DNA of 64,000 nucleotides. It comes from Macrostomum hystrix. Lineage: Eukaryota; Animalia; Platyhelminthes. Below, piece after piece: positions 22,971 through 35,084 of this stretch. Location: contig CATNEN010000036.1 in NCBI GenBank assembly GCA_950097015.1, positions 1-64,000 on the forward strand, in the 5' to 3' direction. The first letter of the stretch is position 1, and each line of letters opens with the position of its first letter. The notes beneath the pieces are model-generated. The model did not search any database, was not told where the DNA came from, and saw nothing but the letters and a program-made list of their open reading frames with translations. Position numbers and translations under genes: made by a program.

Positions 22971-25900
22971 TGCGCGGAATTAATTAATCGAATTAATAGG
23001 AGTCCGATAAGTATAAATATGACAAGAAGTTGATTCCCAGACTAAATTTGAATCTTAACAGTAGAACTACCAAGGGGGGGTTTCTGCCCCCGCCCAACAA
23101 TTTTTTGCTGCACCCGAACGGAGCAACGCAAGCGCACGAAACTCAAGAACACGGACCAACATTTTGTTGCGCATCTTCTGAAACAAGAATTAAGTCGCCA
23201 GCTCTTCAGACCGTCGAGATATTCAATGGTTCTGGCCGAAGGTCAGATTTTTTGCATAAGCGCTAGTGTATTTTATACACCCGTATACACGAATTAGCAC
23301 TGCGCCTCAGTGCGGCCTTGCCAGGCCTTCAAAATTTATCAGCATGTCACCCGAATGTGCCTTCATCATCTCCGTCTTTGGTGTTCACCTGCCTACCTTT
23401 ATCTAGACGGACTGTTGGACCTTCAAGGGCTACAACAGGTGGAACTAGGCCACTATATGGACACCCTGACGCGAATTTCTCCAACTTCACTGATAAAGCC
23501 TAAATATTAGGCGCAGCTCAACCACAGGACACCATCGCCTAGTCTGTCAACCAATCAGTCACCACCCAACGCTGTTAGCATTCAGGCGCTGCCAAAAAAT
23601 CTTTAGGGGGCCCCCTTGGTATAAAAACGAGCGGCAAAATGGCAAAATAGTCCGACTTTTTTTAAAGGCCATGAATCTTAAAGGCTGAAACGCCTCACCA
23701 TGTTCTCTTCCGCTGACAGGTCCTCTTGACTGCGACTGCCATCGGCTGCTGTGCCCATTGACGAAGCCGACGTTGAAGAGGCCAGCAATGCTATCGGCGA
23801 AGGCGATCAAGATTTCAAATGTGACGCAATTTTTTAGCTCAAAGTTTTTGCGAACTTACTTCAGGAGACAACGAGGTCAGGCTTAGGAAAGGAGGTGCCT
23901 GCACAGCATTAAATACATTAAAGCTTTAAAAGGGCATTGCGATGACTGGCAGTCGACATTTTATTTGGAGAGAGTTTTTAAAGTTTCTCGGCGTCAAGGT
24001 CATTCGGCGCGACAGTAGAACAGAGGCTAACTCTCCTCTCTTTGGTTCATTCCACTGCTAGGCTGCTTGAGTTAAAAGGCCAGAGAAGGCTCCTAGCGAC
24101 TCACTGTCCATCAACGCTGAACATAATTTCATAATTCACTAATAGCTAATTTTATTCGAGGCAATAAACATGGCGCCTTCAGTCATTAAAGTTTTCACAT
24201 AAAAAACTCTCACCGCACAGACCAAGGCACTTATAGAAAATGCATAACACCATTGGGTCAAAACTATTTGAAACTCCGTATTCTCAGACCTCAGTTACAT
24301 AGACTTTGCGCTTGGATTAATAACCCTAAAGTGTTTCAATTGTCCAAAAAGGAAACTTGTGTTGTTTAATGAACTGTTTAAATTATATATTCGCACAACT
24401 CTACTGGTAGTAGACATCTAGATTCACATCTTCAAAAACTGTGCTTTTGAAGCTCACAATATTGGCCTACTTAGTATGGATTACCTAAAAATGAGTTACA
24501 ATATTCGGTTTATGACCTAGATATATATCCATACAAATTTACTCAGCATTTGTTTGCTGCAAGGCAGGATGAAAATGTTTTCTTCAGATCAGACAGAAGT
24601 GCAAGTTTGTGGAAAGAAAACATGTTTTTCTAATACTGCATAAGCTGCACACCCCAGTTATTCCAAAGCCTCGAAATGGAATTATTCTTAGCAAGAATTA
24701 ACACTTGACAACTACTTGTCTGGATTTACAGCTAAATCAGAGCTAACAAAAATGAGAACTTTTGTTGCTTATCTTGGACCAGCTTTCCCTATAAATATCA
24801 AGCATGGCTAGTTAGTCAATGTGCTAATCACTATGTTAACCTCTTGATCTTGATCTCTTAACAAATGTGACAATGGTTCCCTGGTTCAATACCTTAAGAC
24901 AATGCATGGAGATTAAATAGAAATCTGCACATTTATAAAACAACTTAGGGGCCTAAAACAAGAACAAGGAAGCCTAATTATACTTTTGAACCATTTTTAC
25001 CTGGCATACTAGCTTGCAGAACCTTGCTAGCCAAGCCTACCCAGACTCTATAGCTAGTCTATAGCAACATTGTGCAATACTTAGTGCTTGATCAGTTCAT
25101 GGTTGGTCTAAATGACAAACCAATCATCATGGAGTATCTATCACAGAAGATGCTCACTAGATAGCTCAGCAGCTACTTAAAATGTGAACATTAATAAATT
25201 AAACAACAAAATACAACAAAACAATAAAATATGAACAGTTACTATCAAGCACAAGGCCCAAGGTCAGTCAGATCAATTAAGACCTAATCAGTTTATACCA
25301 GTGATTTGATTACAGATGTCAGCAATCAGGCCATATCTACTGGAACTGTCCAAATGCAGGCCTAGATGGTAATGGATCTAGGATCTAGGTAAACTTATCA
25401 ACTTTCTATTTGTCAACTGTATTGATTCATTTACCTGGCTTGGACAACATGTAAAATGTATAGAGGTAAAAGCTACTAATAGAGGTAATAATTACATATA
25501 AAAATTAGGAATAGATTATAATATAAGTCATTATATTTATTCTAATTTTACAAAGACTTTCACATTTGTAATTCTTTTTCTTTAATTACTTATTTACTCC
25601 AATCTATGGTTTATCTAAGATGCAGAGTATGTGTCTAACATGTTGCAAGAATGAGTAAATGCCGCTTAATTTTTTTTACTGAAGCATAGTCTGTCTTCTT
25701 TTGCTAACTATAAGTTGTAAATCTTTGATGAACATCTGATTTTGTTGCCAAGCACTTCAAGCAGTTCAGTGCTATATTTGCAGTGAAGAAAACATAAAGC
25801 AAGTCCCACTTGCCTTTGCACAAATATCAGGCAGAACATACATGTGCAACCTCCCAAATCTGAGCTGGCCATGCAACTTAGTTTTTGCTCTATTTACGAC

Positions 25901-26320
25901 TTAGTTCGTTTCATTGATTAATTTACAACTTAGTTTGCTCTTATTTGCTCTCTTTCTCTCTCCCCTTTTTCCTTTTCTTCACGCCTTCCTTTTTTGTCCC
26001 TTGGTCCCCCCTTTGATTTTTTTGCGATTGGTCGATTGGTTTTTGTGACTTACCTTGCTTGGCCCTCGTTTCACCCGGCCGGTTTGGCTGGGTCGGCCAG
26101 GTGTTGCGCATGTATGAGGCAGAAATTGAATAACTACCTAGCACTTTTTACAAGGCTCTCCGACTGGCTTAATAATGCCACTGCCATTGGGACTTTTATT
26201 CTAGATTTTGCAATATATTTATCTGCAGAGCATATGGAAGCTGGCTTTAGTTTTTTAGGGCATCATCTCAAATTTTGAGAAGCTGCTTGAGCTGGCTGAG
26301 CATGGTGACAGCGGATCCTA

Positions 26321-26729
26321 GACATTTCGTCATCTTACAACTTTATCATCCACTTGGAAGGTAGGACACTTTGTCTTCCAGCCAATTGGCATGCTTTAAA
26401 GTTTGGTCAGTTTGTCATCTACTAATAACAAGCAATCAAGTTCGACATCAATAAAGTGAGGGTGGGGTGGTGGGGCAGAGGTGTGAACAACACTTCACAC
26501 TCTAAATTGTCAAAAAGAGGTGTCAAAACGGATTTCATTATAAGAGGTGAAAGATAGGTGCCAATACAATGTGAGGAGGGGTGGGGAGGGGTGGTTCTGC
26601 TCTAACTTTGAAAACTTTTGTCTTATAGATGACGAAGGGTCCACAAGTCTAAGTCTCTTCATCATCCACCCTCTGAGATATTGGACAGATTGTCATCTGG
26701 ATGACAAAGTTGTAAGATGACGAAGTGTC
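26321..26729. mobile_element. MITE-like element with 32-bp terminal inverted repeats
   Basis: GACATTTCGTCATCTTACAACTTTATCATCCA (26321-26352) vs the reverse complement of 26698-26729, 30/32 identical. No TSD resolved. Confidence 0.65.
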
Positions 26730-28139
26730 CATGTACAGTGACAGCATGTGAGAGCAAGGTAGCTTCTTTAGCCAGGCTATTTTGGAGGAATTGAACCACC
26801 TGAAGCAAAGGGCAGGAAAGTGCAACCTCTGTCTATATAGCCTTTTCAAACATCTGAGCAATGAGGCCTTGCTAGTGCTAGTGTATACTTTTTTGTCCTA
26901 TAGGGTTGCTTGCAATGTTAGCATAGGCCAAAGTATAGACTACTCAAACAACAGACAGACCAGCTGTGGCAACAGTACTATAGGCCCCTAGTGGCACTTT
27001 GTTGCTTAGTGAATTTCTGCTAGAGTGGTTACGATTTGGTCGTGTATTCAAATTTGGCCAACCTAATATAACATAATATAACAATTGGTTAGAATAATTT
27101 TATACAATGCCGATAAAAAAATAATATTACTAATGGGCCTAGTTACAAAAGTGAGGATTAAAAGTTTTAATAAGCATTTATCATGCTTTGAATGCATCTA
27201 AGGTAAGGATAAACTAATTAGGCTTTACCTTCCTATTGCTAGCAATTTTGCATCCTGCATAATTAGGCCTAGGCTTAATTTCATTTTCTTGCTGTTCTGA
27301 AGTGTCAGCATTTTGAAATCTGGCAATTTTGACACAGAAACCTAAATACTGAACTAGCTAAAAATAGTCAATATCAACCAAAATTATATACTTTGTCTTT
27401 ATATATCACTGTGCCAGCAAAGTCATAATAAAAGAATGTTGTTACATGAGCAAGAGCATCTTTCTCAGTTATCAGCTTAATTAAATAAACCAATATCTTA
27501 ATTTAAAGAAAGCAAATTCAACATTCAACAGCTGATAGCAAGTTACTTAATTTTTTGGCGAAATATATCAACATAAATAAAATAAATTATAATTAAAATC
27601 CTAGGATTCTCAGCACTAGGAACTAGTCTTTCCTAGTCAGACTCTTTCCTAAGAATGTCATTAGTAGTGAAATCATTAGATTTGTCTCCAAATAAAGTGA
27701 CAGACACACAGAGGATTGATTCTGATGCATGATAGCTGCCCTAATCTATTAAAGAAGAAAATACAGAAAATTTCCATAAATACTTTGTCACATCTATTAG
27801 TATTAAGATTGTTTTCTGCACTGACAAGGTTAGGCCTAGTCAATATGTTAGCAGACTTAAAACCCATGTTTTTCTTGCTCTGGCTGTATGTGTTGTGTAT
27901 AAGTTGGCCAGAACATTTTGTAGCCTATATAGGAAAAACCAAAACACACACCTGCACAACAGATTTAGAGATTGGTTAGCATTGGTTAAAAAGGTAGGCT
28001 ATCCAAGAACACCTTCTGTGCTCAGTGCTGTGACAGCTGTAATGACAGTGAGCAAACTCAGCAGTTCAAAATTATTGACTGCGGTAGGACTGACTTTAGG
28101 GGCAATGTTTTACTTGTTTCGCATAATTATTTTTAAGGT

Positions 28140-28578
28140 AGTTGTTATTTGTCCAGTTAACCAGACAAATAGCCATTTGATTATTTGTCCGGTTAACCAC
28201 CTAAAGACTTAATTTCTCCCCTTTCAACAAGCAGGAGCAACAATCCTACCAAAGACCACTCTTGCCCTGCTGAGAGCCATCTTGAGTCTTGACCTCACAA
28301 AGACCAAACTATAGGCCCTACCCTTGAACTAAGTTAGTCCCTGAAACAACCGAATTTATGGAAAATATTTTAATTTTTTAAATTAAGGCCAAGCTGATAA
28401 GCGAAAATAATTTGAGACAAACTTCAAATCTGAATGACTTTCCTTTTGCAGCTTGTTAATTATTTTAACTTACAAACGATAGAGGTTCTTGTGGTAGCGC
28501 TACAACCCCTTATACCTAACTTAGTTATAAGTTATAACTTGGTTAACCGGATGAATAATCAAATGGCTTACAACAACT
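28140..28578. mobile_element. MITE-like inverted-repeat element
   Basis: GCCATTTGATTATTTGTCCGGTTAACCA (28172-28199) vs the reverse complement of about 28540-28567, 26/28 identical. The ends are approximate. Confidence 0.55.
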
Positions 28579-29587
28579 GCCTATTTTTAATCTGATTCGA
28601 ACTCAAGCGATCACAGTGATGTGTCATATGACGTGGCAAGGGTCACATACATATGCTGACATAGCTTTGCAAGGTTTTAAGTGCTGACGTGGATTTGGGG
28701 GGATTAGGTGCCACAGACATATACGGGATTACTTGTTTGTCCTGTGGCGTCGACTCTAGATCCACTTTAGGCTCAAAATACTCGTTCTATTACATAGGCA
28801 AAAAACCTATGTACATTAAAAACCAGAAACCGAATCTCAATGTTCAGCTAATTCGCAGTGGTGCGGCCATTTGTTCAAGGTATTCTAAGTCAAGACACAA
28901 ACAATATCTGTGTACTCACATCCTAACACTTTGCCACTGATCTGCCCATAGGTACTGTACACCGAACTCTTGCTATCTTATATAATTTAGTTTCGTGTGC
29001 AAGAAATAGATAATAGACCCTGAAGATGGGTAATGACGGAACGAAATGCGTTGGAATTTAATAATAATTTATTGTATTAATTATATGCATAGAACTTTGG
29101 CCGATCGGTTTTTACCGACATTAAACCGATGTTAAAATGTATATACACCGGGAAGGTGGTGCTCGGGGAACGAGATTCTAAGGGTGTGTCACGGAATTCC
29201 CAAGCCGGAATGCTAAAAAGGCATTAGTCATGTTGATGACTTATCCCTCATAGATCTATATATCTCATAGGCAATACATTGCCGACGAAAACTTTTCCCG
29301 ACGCTAACTATCAGATAGTTGCTGCCACCAGAAGCACAAATAACTGACGCTACAAAAAGAGCACAAACAAAATATTTATAAACTTATTTTTATTATAGCT
29401 AAATTAAAGAGAGCTTTAATTAAACTACCCGGAATGAATGGGTGTGCATGGCGTCCCCCCCAATCCATGGACTGAAAAGCCGCACGCAGCCTTCAGATGC
29501 GCCACGCAATAGCTGCGGTTGTGCTGTCAGTTGCATATCTGGCCCAATTTGGCAGGTGTAATCAAGTATTATTCTTGCGTGAGAATT

Positions 29588-29890
29588 GTGCGAGAGTTGG
29601 GTGACAGTTGTGTGAGAGTTGGGTGACAATTGGGTGACAGTTGGGTGACAGTTGGGTGACAGTTGTGTGAGAGTTGGGTGACAGTTGGGTGAGAGTTGGG
29701 TGAGAGTTAGGTGACAGTTTTGTGAGAGTTGGGTGACAGTTGTGTGAGAGTTGTGTGAGAGTTAAGTGAGAGTTGGGTGACAGTTGTGTGAGAGTTGGGT
29801 GAGAGTTTGGTGAGAGTTTGGTGACAGTTGGGTGAGAGTTGGGTGAGAGTTGGTTGAGAGTTGGGTGAGAGTTGGGTTAGAGTTGTGTGA
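29588..29890. repeat. 11-bp minisatellite (GA[G/C]AGTTG[G/T]GT)n
   Basis: Direct reading. Confidence 0.9.
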
Positions 29891-29959
29891 TTCCTGATTT
29901 GTCAGAAGATTCACGACATTGTGCTTACGATGTTCTGTTGTGCAACAGGATCACACCAG

Positions 29960-30150
29960 ATCACACCACATGGAATATTATTCTGCAGGAATTCAGACAC
30001 TGTCAGAATGGTATGTAAACTGCTTACTGACACTCCATCACAGCTTCTGCCAGCTGTTCGCATGTTCTTCGCCGATCAATATCCAGGATCTCTTAGACTT
30101 TTTTCGATCATCACAGTCTCATTGGTGGCAGTCATTGGCCTTACCAGAAC
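29960..30150 (-). pseudogene. Degenerate Tc1/mariner transposase fragment (HTH region)
   Basis: With frameshifts it reads RPMTATNE..EILDIDRRRTCEQLAEAV / GVSVSSLHTILT. This resembles the mariner GRP..DRR.T..LAE.LGIS.GSVHTIL pattern, recognised by eye. Confidence 0.5.
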
Positions 30151-30824
30151 GATCATTGTGTTCGATACTTTCTCTCCCTTTAGTGCCATAGCTAACACAC
30201 ACATTCTATACCAAGAAGCTAAAACAGCAAAATACATCAGCAAATCTAGGTAATATTGAATTCATCGTAGACTTGAAATCTTTGACAGTGTTATGCCATA
30301 TACTGTTTTAAGACAGCATTCAATAGTTCAGACTGGTTTAACCAAACTGTTATCTGTCAGTTCGTCTTATATTTAGCTTTTACAGTTTCGAAGTGATGTA
30401 CAAATGCTTCACAGTAAAACTGCTTCTAAATGTACATGTACGCATGTATAGAAAAGTAGATAAAAAAGCACGTGCTGCACAAGGAAATTCTGTCACTTAT
30501 ACAGAAGAATAAGCATGATAGACTATAAAAAAGGAAATAAACAGAGTAAATCAAGCTTATAAAACATAGCAACATACTCGTAGTATCACGACATAGATTG
30601 CTGGGGTGCGAATTGATTAAAATAGCTAGACAAGTTTCAAAGAATGATTAACTAGAATACCTTTTCTCATGGCTTTTCTTAAATAGTTAAAAAATGTAAC
30701 TTTCTGAAACATCAGAAAGTTTATAGTGACCAGAACAAAATATAGCAAAAGTGCTCGAGGAAATGGCAATTGTTGTTGCGCATCAGAGAAAAATGTTTGT
30801 GCATGCAATAGGACTGTTAAATGC

Positions 30825-31841
30825 ATTGGTTTTCAACTTTTATTTCAAACTAAGTAACTTCAATTTCGCCCCGCGGGGAGGGGGATGCTCGTGTGTACCC
30901 GATTATTAACTTCAATTTCGCCCCGCGGGGAGGGGGATGCTCGTGTGTACCCGATTAGTAACTTCAATTTCGCCCCGCGGGGAGGGGGATGCTCGTGTGT
31001 ACCCGATTAGTAACTTCAATTTCGCCCCGCGGGGAGGGGGATGCTCGTGTGTACCCGATTAGTAACTTCAATTTCGCCCCGCGGGGAGGGGGATGCTCGT
31101 GTGTACCCGATTATTAACTTCAATTTCGCCCCGCGGGGAGGGGGATGCTCGTGTGTACCCGATTAGTAACTTCAATTTCGCCCCGCGGGGAGGGGGCTGC
31201 TCGTGTGTACCCGATTAGTAACTTCAATTTCGCCCCGCGGGGAGGGGGATGCTCGTGTGTACCCGATTAGTAACTTCAATTTCGCCCCGCGGGGAGGGGG
31301 ATGCTCGTGTGTACCCGATTAGTAACTTACCGGTCTGCCCATGTTAGAGTAATTCAATTTCACAAAATGTAACTTCTATTTCGTCTGTTCAGCACAGTTA
31401 TTTGTGTTTGCGTCCGCTCTGTGAAATACGGACTTAATCTTTGCCTTTGATCTTCGCCGACGCCGCCATCGACTCCGCCACAATGCAATTATAATAATTC
31501 TGTCGAGTGTCGAGAGATTTATGGCCCTGTGAATTTATGACCCGATAGCACATAAAAAATTCTGCTAATTAGATGGCGCCGATACCTTCACATCCAGCCG
31601 CTCTTGAAGCTGAAGCTTGGTGGTGTCTTGGTGTCACTTGGTGTCTTGCCTGAGACGTCAAAAAATATATTTTAAAAGTACAGGCCCATCATGGCCTATA
31701 TTAATGTTTGAAGCCGGATGAAAAAAATGCAAGACGAAATAGAAGTTACATTTTGTGAAATTGATTTACTTAAACTTGGGCAGGCCGGTCTCGCGGACGA
31801 AATTGAAGTTACTTAGTTTGAAATAGAAGTTGAAAACCAAT
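30825..31841. mobile_element. Non-autonomous DNA transposon with long TIRs, left TIR interrupted by a tandem array
   Basis: ATTGGTTTTCAACTT.TATTTCAAACTAAGTAACTTCAATTTCG at the left matches the reverse complement of 31795-31841. The TIR match resumes at about 31329-31385 vs 31733-31790. Confidence 0.75.
30855..31328. repeat. 52-bp tandem array x9 inside the left TIR
   Basis: Unit TAACTTCAATTTCGCCCCGCGGGGAGGGGGATGCTCGTGTGTACCCGATTAG. The period from 30855 to 31323 is 9 x 52. Confidence 0.95.
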
Positions 31842-32903
31842 ACTATTGACTTATTTCTATATTCCCGAACTGGTTACTGTAAGTAGATAGATAAAATAAA
31901 TTTCATATAAATCGGAGAGCTATATGCTTACATGCGTATAAAAAAACTAAAATGTACATGTGCGCCAGGCAGACACAAAAAACCTAAAAAACAAGCAGAA
32001 TTTTATTGAATTAAAGTTAATATATAAATAAAAAGTAAGTTAAAGAGTCAACAAGCAGAGTAAAGTAACAAAAGAAACTGACTAGAGAAGTAAAATAATT
32101 AAATAAAAGATACATATATGACATAGCAAAAAAGCTATTCATTTTTTATTATGCAACGCCGACTAGATAAATTCACTAAATTAGGAAATTTATAAGCATA
32201 AGTTAAGTTAATACAAAATCGTTACTTTATTATCACTTAGAAAGTATGAGGATAATAAAATAAAATATGATATTTAGCTCATCGTAAATACACTAATCAG
32301 TGAGTGCGGTAAACTACAAAGAAGTACAAAAAAACTATTTTTAGATCAAGAAAGCCGCTTAATATTTTCCTAGATTGATTTGCACTTCTATATTTAAACT
32401 AGCAGCAGCTTGGAGCTAATAAGTGACTATGGGATAGGCGATTGAAGGAGAGCTGAGAGATAAGAGAGAGGGACAGACAGGGGAGAGAGGGACAGACAGG
32501 GGAGAGAGGGACAGACAGGGGAGAGAGGGACAGACAGGGGAGAGAGGGACAGACAGGGGAGAGAGGGACAGACAGGGGAGAGAGGGACAGACAGGGGAGA
32601 GAGGGACAGACAGGGGAGAGAGGGACAGACAGGGGAGAGAGGACAGACAGGGGAGAGAGGGACAGACAGGGGAGAGAGGGACAGACAGGGGAGAGAGGGA
32701 CAGACAGGGGAGAGAGGACAGACAGGGGAGAGAGGGACAGACAGGGGAGAGAGGGACAGACAGGGGAGAGAGGGACAGACATGGGAGAGAGGACAGACAG
32801 GGGAGAGAGGGACAGACAGGGGAGAGAGGGACAGACAGGGGAGAGAGGGACAGACAGGGGAGAGAGGGACTGACAGAGGAGAGAGGGACAGACAGGGGCT
32901 TAC

Positions 32904-32976
32904 TTGACTTAGCGGCAGGGAGCCTCCATGACGGACGCAGCGAGGAGGCGGCTGATGCCGCCCATATCGCTAACCC
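32904..32976 (-). other. 73-nt exon-like cassette, copy 1
   Basis: ccttcag|GGGTTAGCG...AAGTCAA|gtaagc. Identical to the other two copies. Confidence 0.6.
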
Positions 32977-33372
32977 CTGAAGGACAGACAGGGGAGAGAG
33001 GGACAGACAGGGGAGAGAGGGACAGACAGGGGAGAGAGGGACAGACAGGGGAGAGAGGACAGACAGGGGAGAGAGGGACAGACAGGGGAGAGAGGGACAG
33101 ACAGGGGAGAGAGGGACAGACAGGGGAGAGAGGACAGACAGGGGAGAGAGGGACAGACAGGGGAGAGAGGGACAGACAGGGGAGAGGGACAGACAGGGGA
33201 GAGAGGGACAGACAGGGGAGAGGGACAGACAGGGGAGAGAGGGACAGACAGGGGAGAGAGGACAGACAGGGGAGAGAGGGACAGACAGGGGAGAGAGGGA
33301 CAGACAGGGGAGAGAGGGACAGACAGGGGAGAGAGGGACTGACAGAGGAGAGAGGGACAGACAGGGGCTTAC

Positions 33373-33445
33373 TTGACTTAGCGGCAGGGAGCCTCCATGA
33401 CGGACGCAGCGAGGAGGCGGCTGATGCCGCCCATATCGCTAACCC
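33373..33445 (-). other. 73-nt exon-like cassette, copy 2
   Basis: Same sequence and splice signals as copy 1. Confidence 0.6.
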
Positions 33446-34270
33446 CTGAAGGACAGACAGGGGAGAGAGGGACAGACAGGGGAGAGAGGGACAGACAGGG
33501 GAGAGAGGGACAGACAGGGGAGACGGACTGACAGGGGAGAGAGGGACAGACAGGGGAGAGAGGGACAGACAGGGGACAGGGACAGACAGGGGAGAGAGGG
33601 ACAGACAGGGGACAGGGACAGACAGGGGACAGGGACAGACAGGGGACAGGGACAGACAGGGGAGAGAGGGACAGACAGGGGACAGGGACAGACAGGGGAC
33701 AGGGACAGACAGGGGAGAGAGAAACAGACAGGGGAGAGAGGGACAGAAAGGGGAGAGAGGGACAGACAGGGGAGAGAGGGACAGACGGGAGAGAGAGGGA
33801 CAGACAGGGGAGAGAGGGACAGACAGAGGAGAGAGGGACAGACAGGGGAGAGAGGGACAGACAGGGGAGAGAGGGACAGACAGGGGAGAGAGGGACAGAC
33901 GGGAGAGAGAGGGACAGACAGGGGAGAGAGGGACAGACAGGGGAGAGAGGGACAGACAGGGGAGAGAGGGACAGACACTGGAGAGAGGGACAGACAGGGG
34001 AGAGAGGGACAGACAGGGGAGAGAGGGACAGACAGGGGAGAGAGGGACAGACAGGGGAGAGAGGGACAGACAGGGGAGAGAGGGACAGACAGGGGAGAGA
34101 GGACAGACAGGGGAGAGAGGGACAGACAGGGGAGAGAGGGACAGACAGGGGAGAGAGGGACTGACAGAGGAGAGAGGGACAGACAGGGGAGAGAGGGACA
34201 GACAGGGGAGAGAGGGACAGACAGGGGAGAGAGGGACTGACAGAGGAGAGAGGGACAGACAGGGGCTTAC

Positions 34271-34343
34271 TTGACTTAGCGGCAGGGAGCCTCCATGACG
34301 GACGCAGCGAGGAGGCGGCTGATGCCGCCCATATCGCTAACCC
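34271..34343 (-). other. 73-nt exon-like cassette, copy 3 (nearest RPIA)
   Basis: Same sequence and splice signals as copy 1. Confidence 0.6.
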
Positions 34344-34763
34344 CTGAAGGACAGACAGGGGAGAGAGGGACAGACAGGGGAGAGAGGGACAGACAGGGGA
34401 GAGAGGGACAGACAGGGGAGAGGGACAGACAGGGGAGAGAGGGACAGACAGGGGAGAGAGGGACAGAAAGGGGAAAGAGAGGGACAGACATGGGAGAGAG
34501 GGACAGACAGGGGAGAGAGGGACAGACCAGACAGGGGAGAGAGAGGGAAAGACAGGAGAGGGAGAGAGGAACAGATAGGGACAGGGGGCAGAGCCCAGAG
34601 GGTGTTAGAACTGGTCGCAGGTACTTCAGCAGGCAGCGGACGCAGTTCTGCTGCAGTATCCATCTATAGCAGTTCTGCTGCAGTATCCATCTATAGCAGT
34701 TCTGCTGCAGTATCCATCTATAGCAGGATTCGCAGTTTGGGCAGGTGGAGACTGGAAAGCTGC

Positions 34764-34955
34764 TCACTTGAGCACAAGCCTGCTAACCGAGCCGTCCATC
34801 TTGCCAACGTAGATCTTCGAGGCTGCCTGGATGAAGAGGCCGGTCTCGATGACGCCGGGCATTTGGTGCAGCTGGAAGTCCACCTCCTCCCAGTTGTGCT
34901 GCTGCTCGAAGTGCCAGTCCAGGATAAAGTTGCCGTTGTCTGTGACGACCGGGCC
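34764..34955 (-). CDS. RPIA: Ribose-5-phosphate isomerase A, exon 5
   Basis: ccgccag|GPVVTDNGNFILDWHF..PGVIETGLF..DGSVSRLVLK*. Not called by the ORF track because there is no ATG in frame. Confidence 0.93.
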   Translation of the reverse strand, partial: GPVVTDNGNFILDWHFEQQHNWEEVDFQLHQMPGVIETGLFIQAASKIYVGKMDGSVSRLVLK

Positions 34956-35084
34956 CTGGCGGGTTTGTTGGGAATCAATTCATCTCCAACTGTGCTAGAG
35001 ACTTCACAGCAACATATCACCCAATGTCGCATCTAAATTTTGAAACAGCCAAATCTACTCCTATTTTGAGATCCCGCAAAATCT

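Larger units (their letters stand above)
32460..34590. repeat. 19-bp purine-rich minisatellite (GGGACAGACAGGGGAGAGA)n containing three exon-like cassettes
   Basis: Direct reading. The array is pyrimidine-rich on the RPIA (minus) strand. Confidence 0.95.

Noticed and set aside
23290-23830. Possible hAT transposase relic (CWTFKGYNRWN*AT) and acidic peptide IDEADVEEAS
   Set aside because: The match is too short and stop-ridden to support a call without a profile search.
34276-34343. Resemblance of cassette frame VSDMGGISRLL to the RPIA tail VGKMDGSVSRLV, as a duplicated terminal exon
   Set aside because: No phase-compatible donor was found in exon 5 and the match is too short to exclude chance.
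32399-34669. GERGTDR / LSPVCPSLP collagen-like ORFs
   Set aside because: They are translations of the 19-bp array. Only the 73-nt cassettes are non-repetitive.
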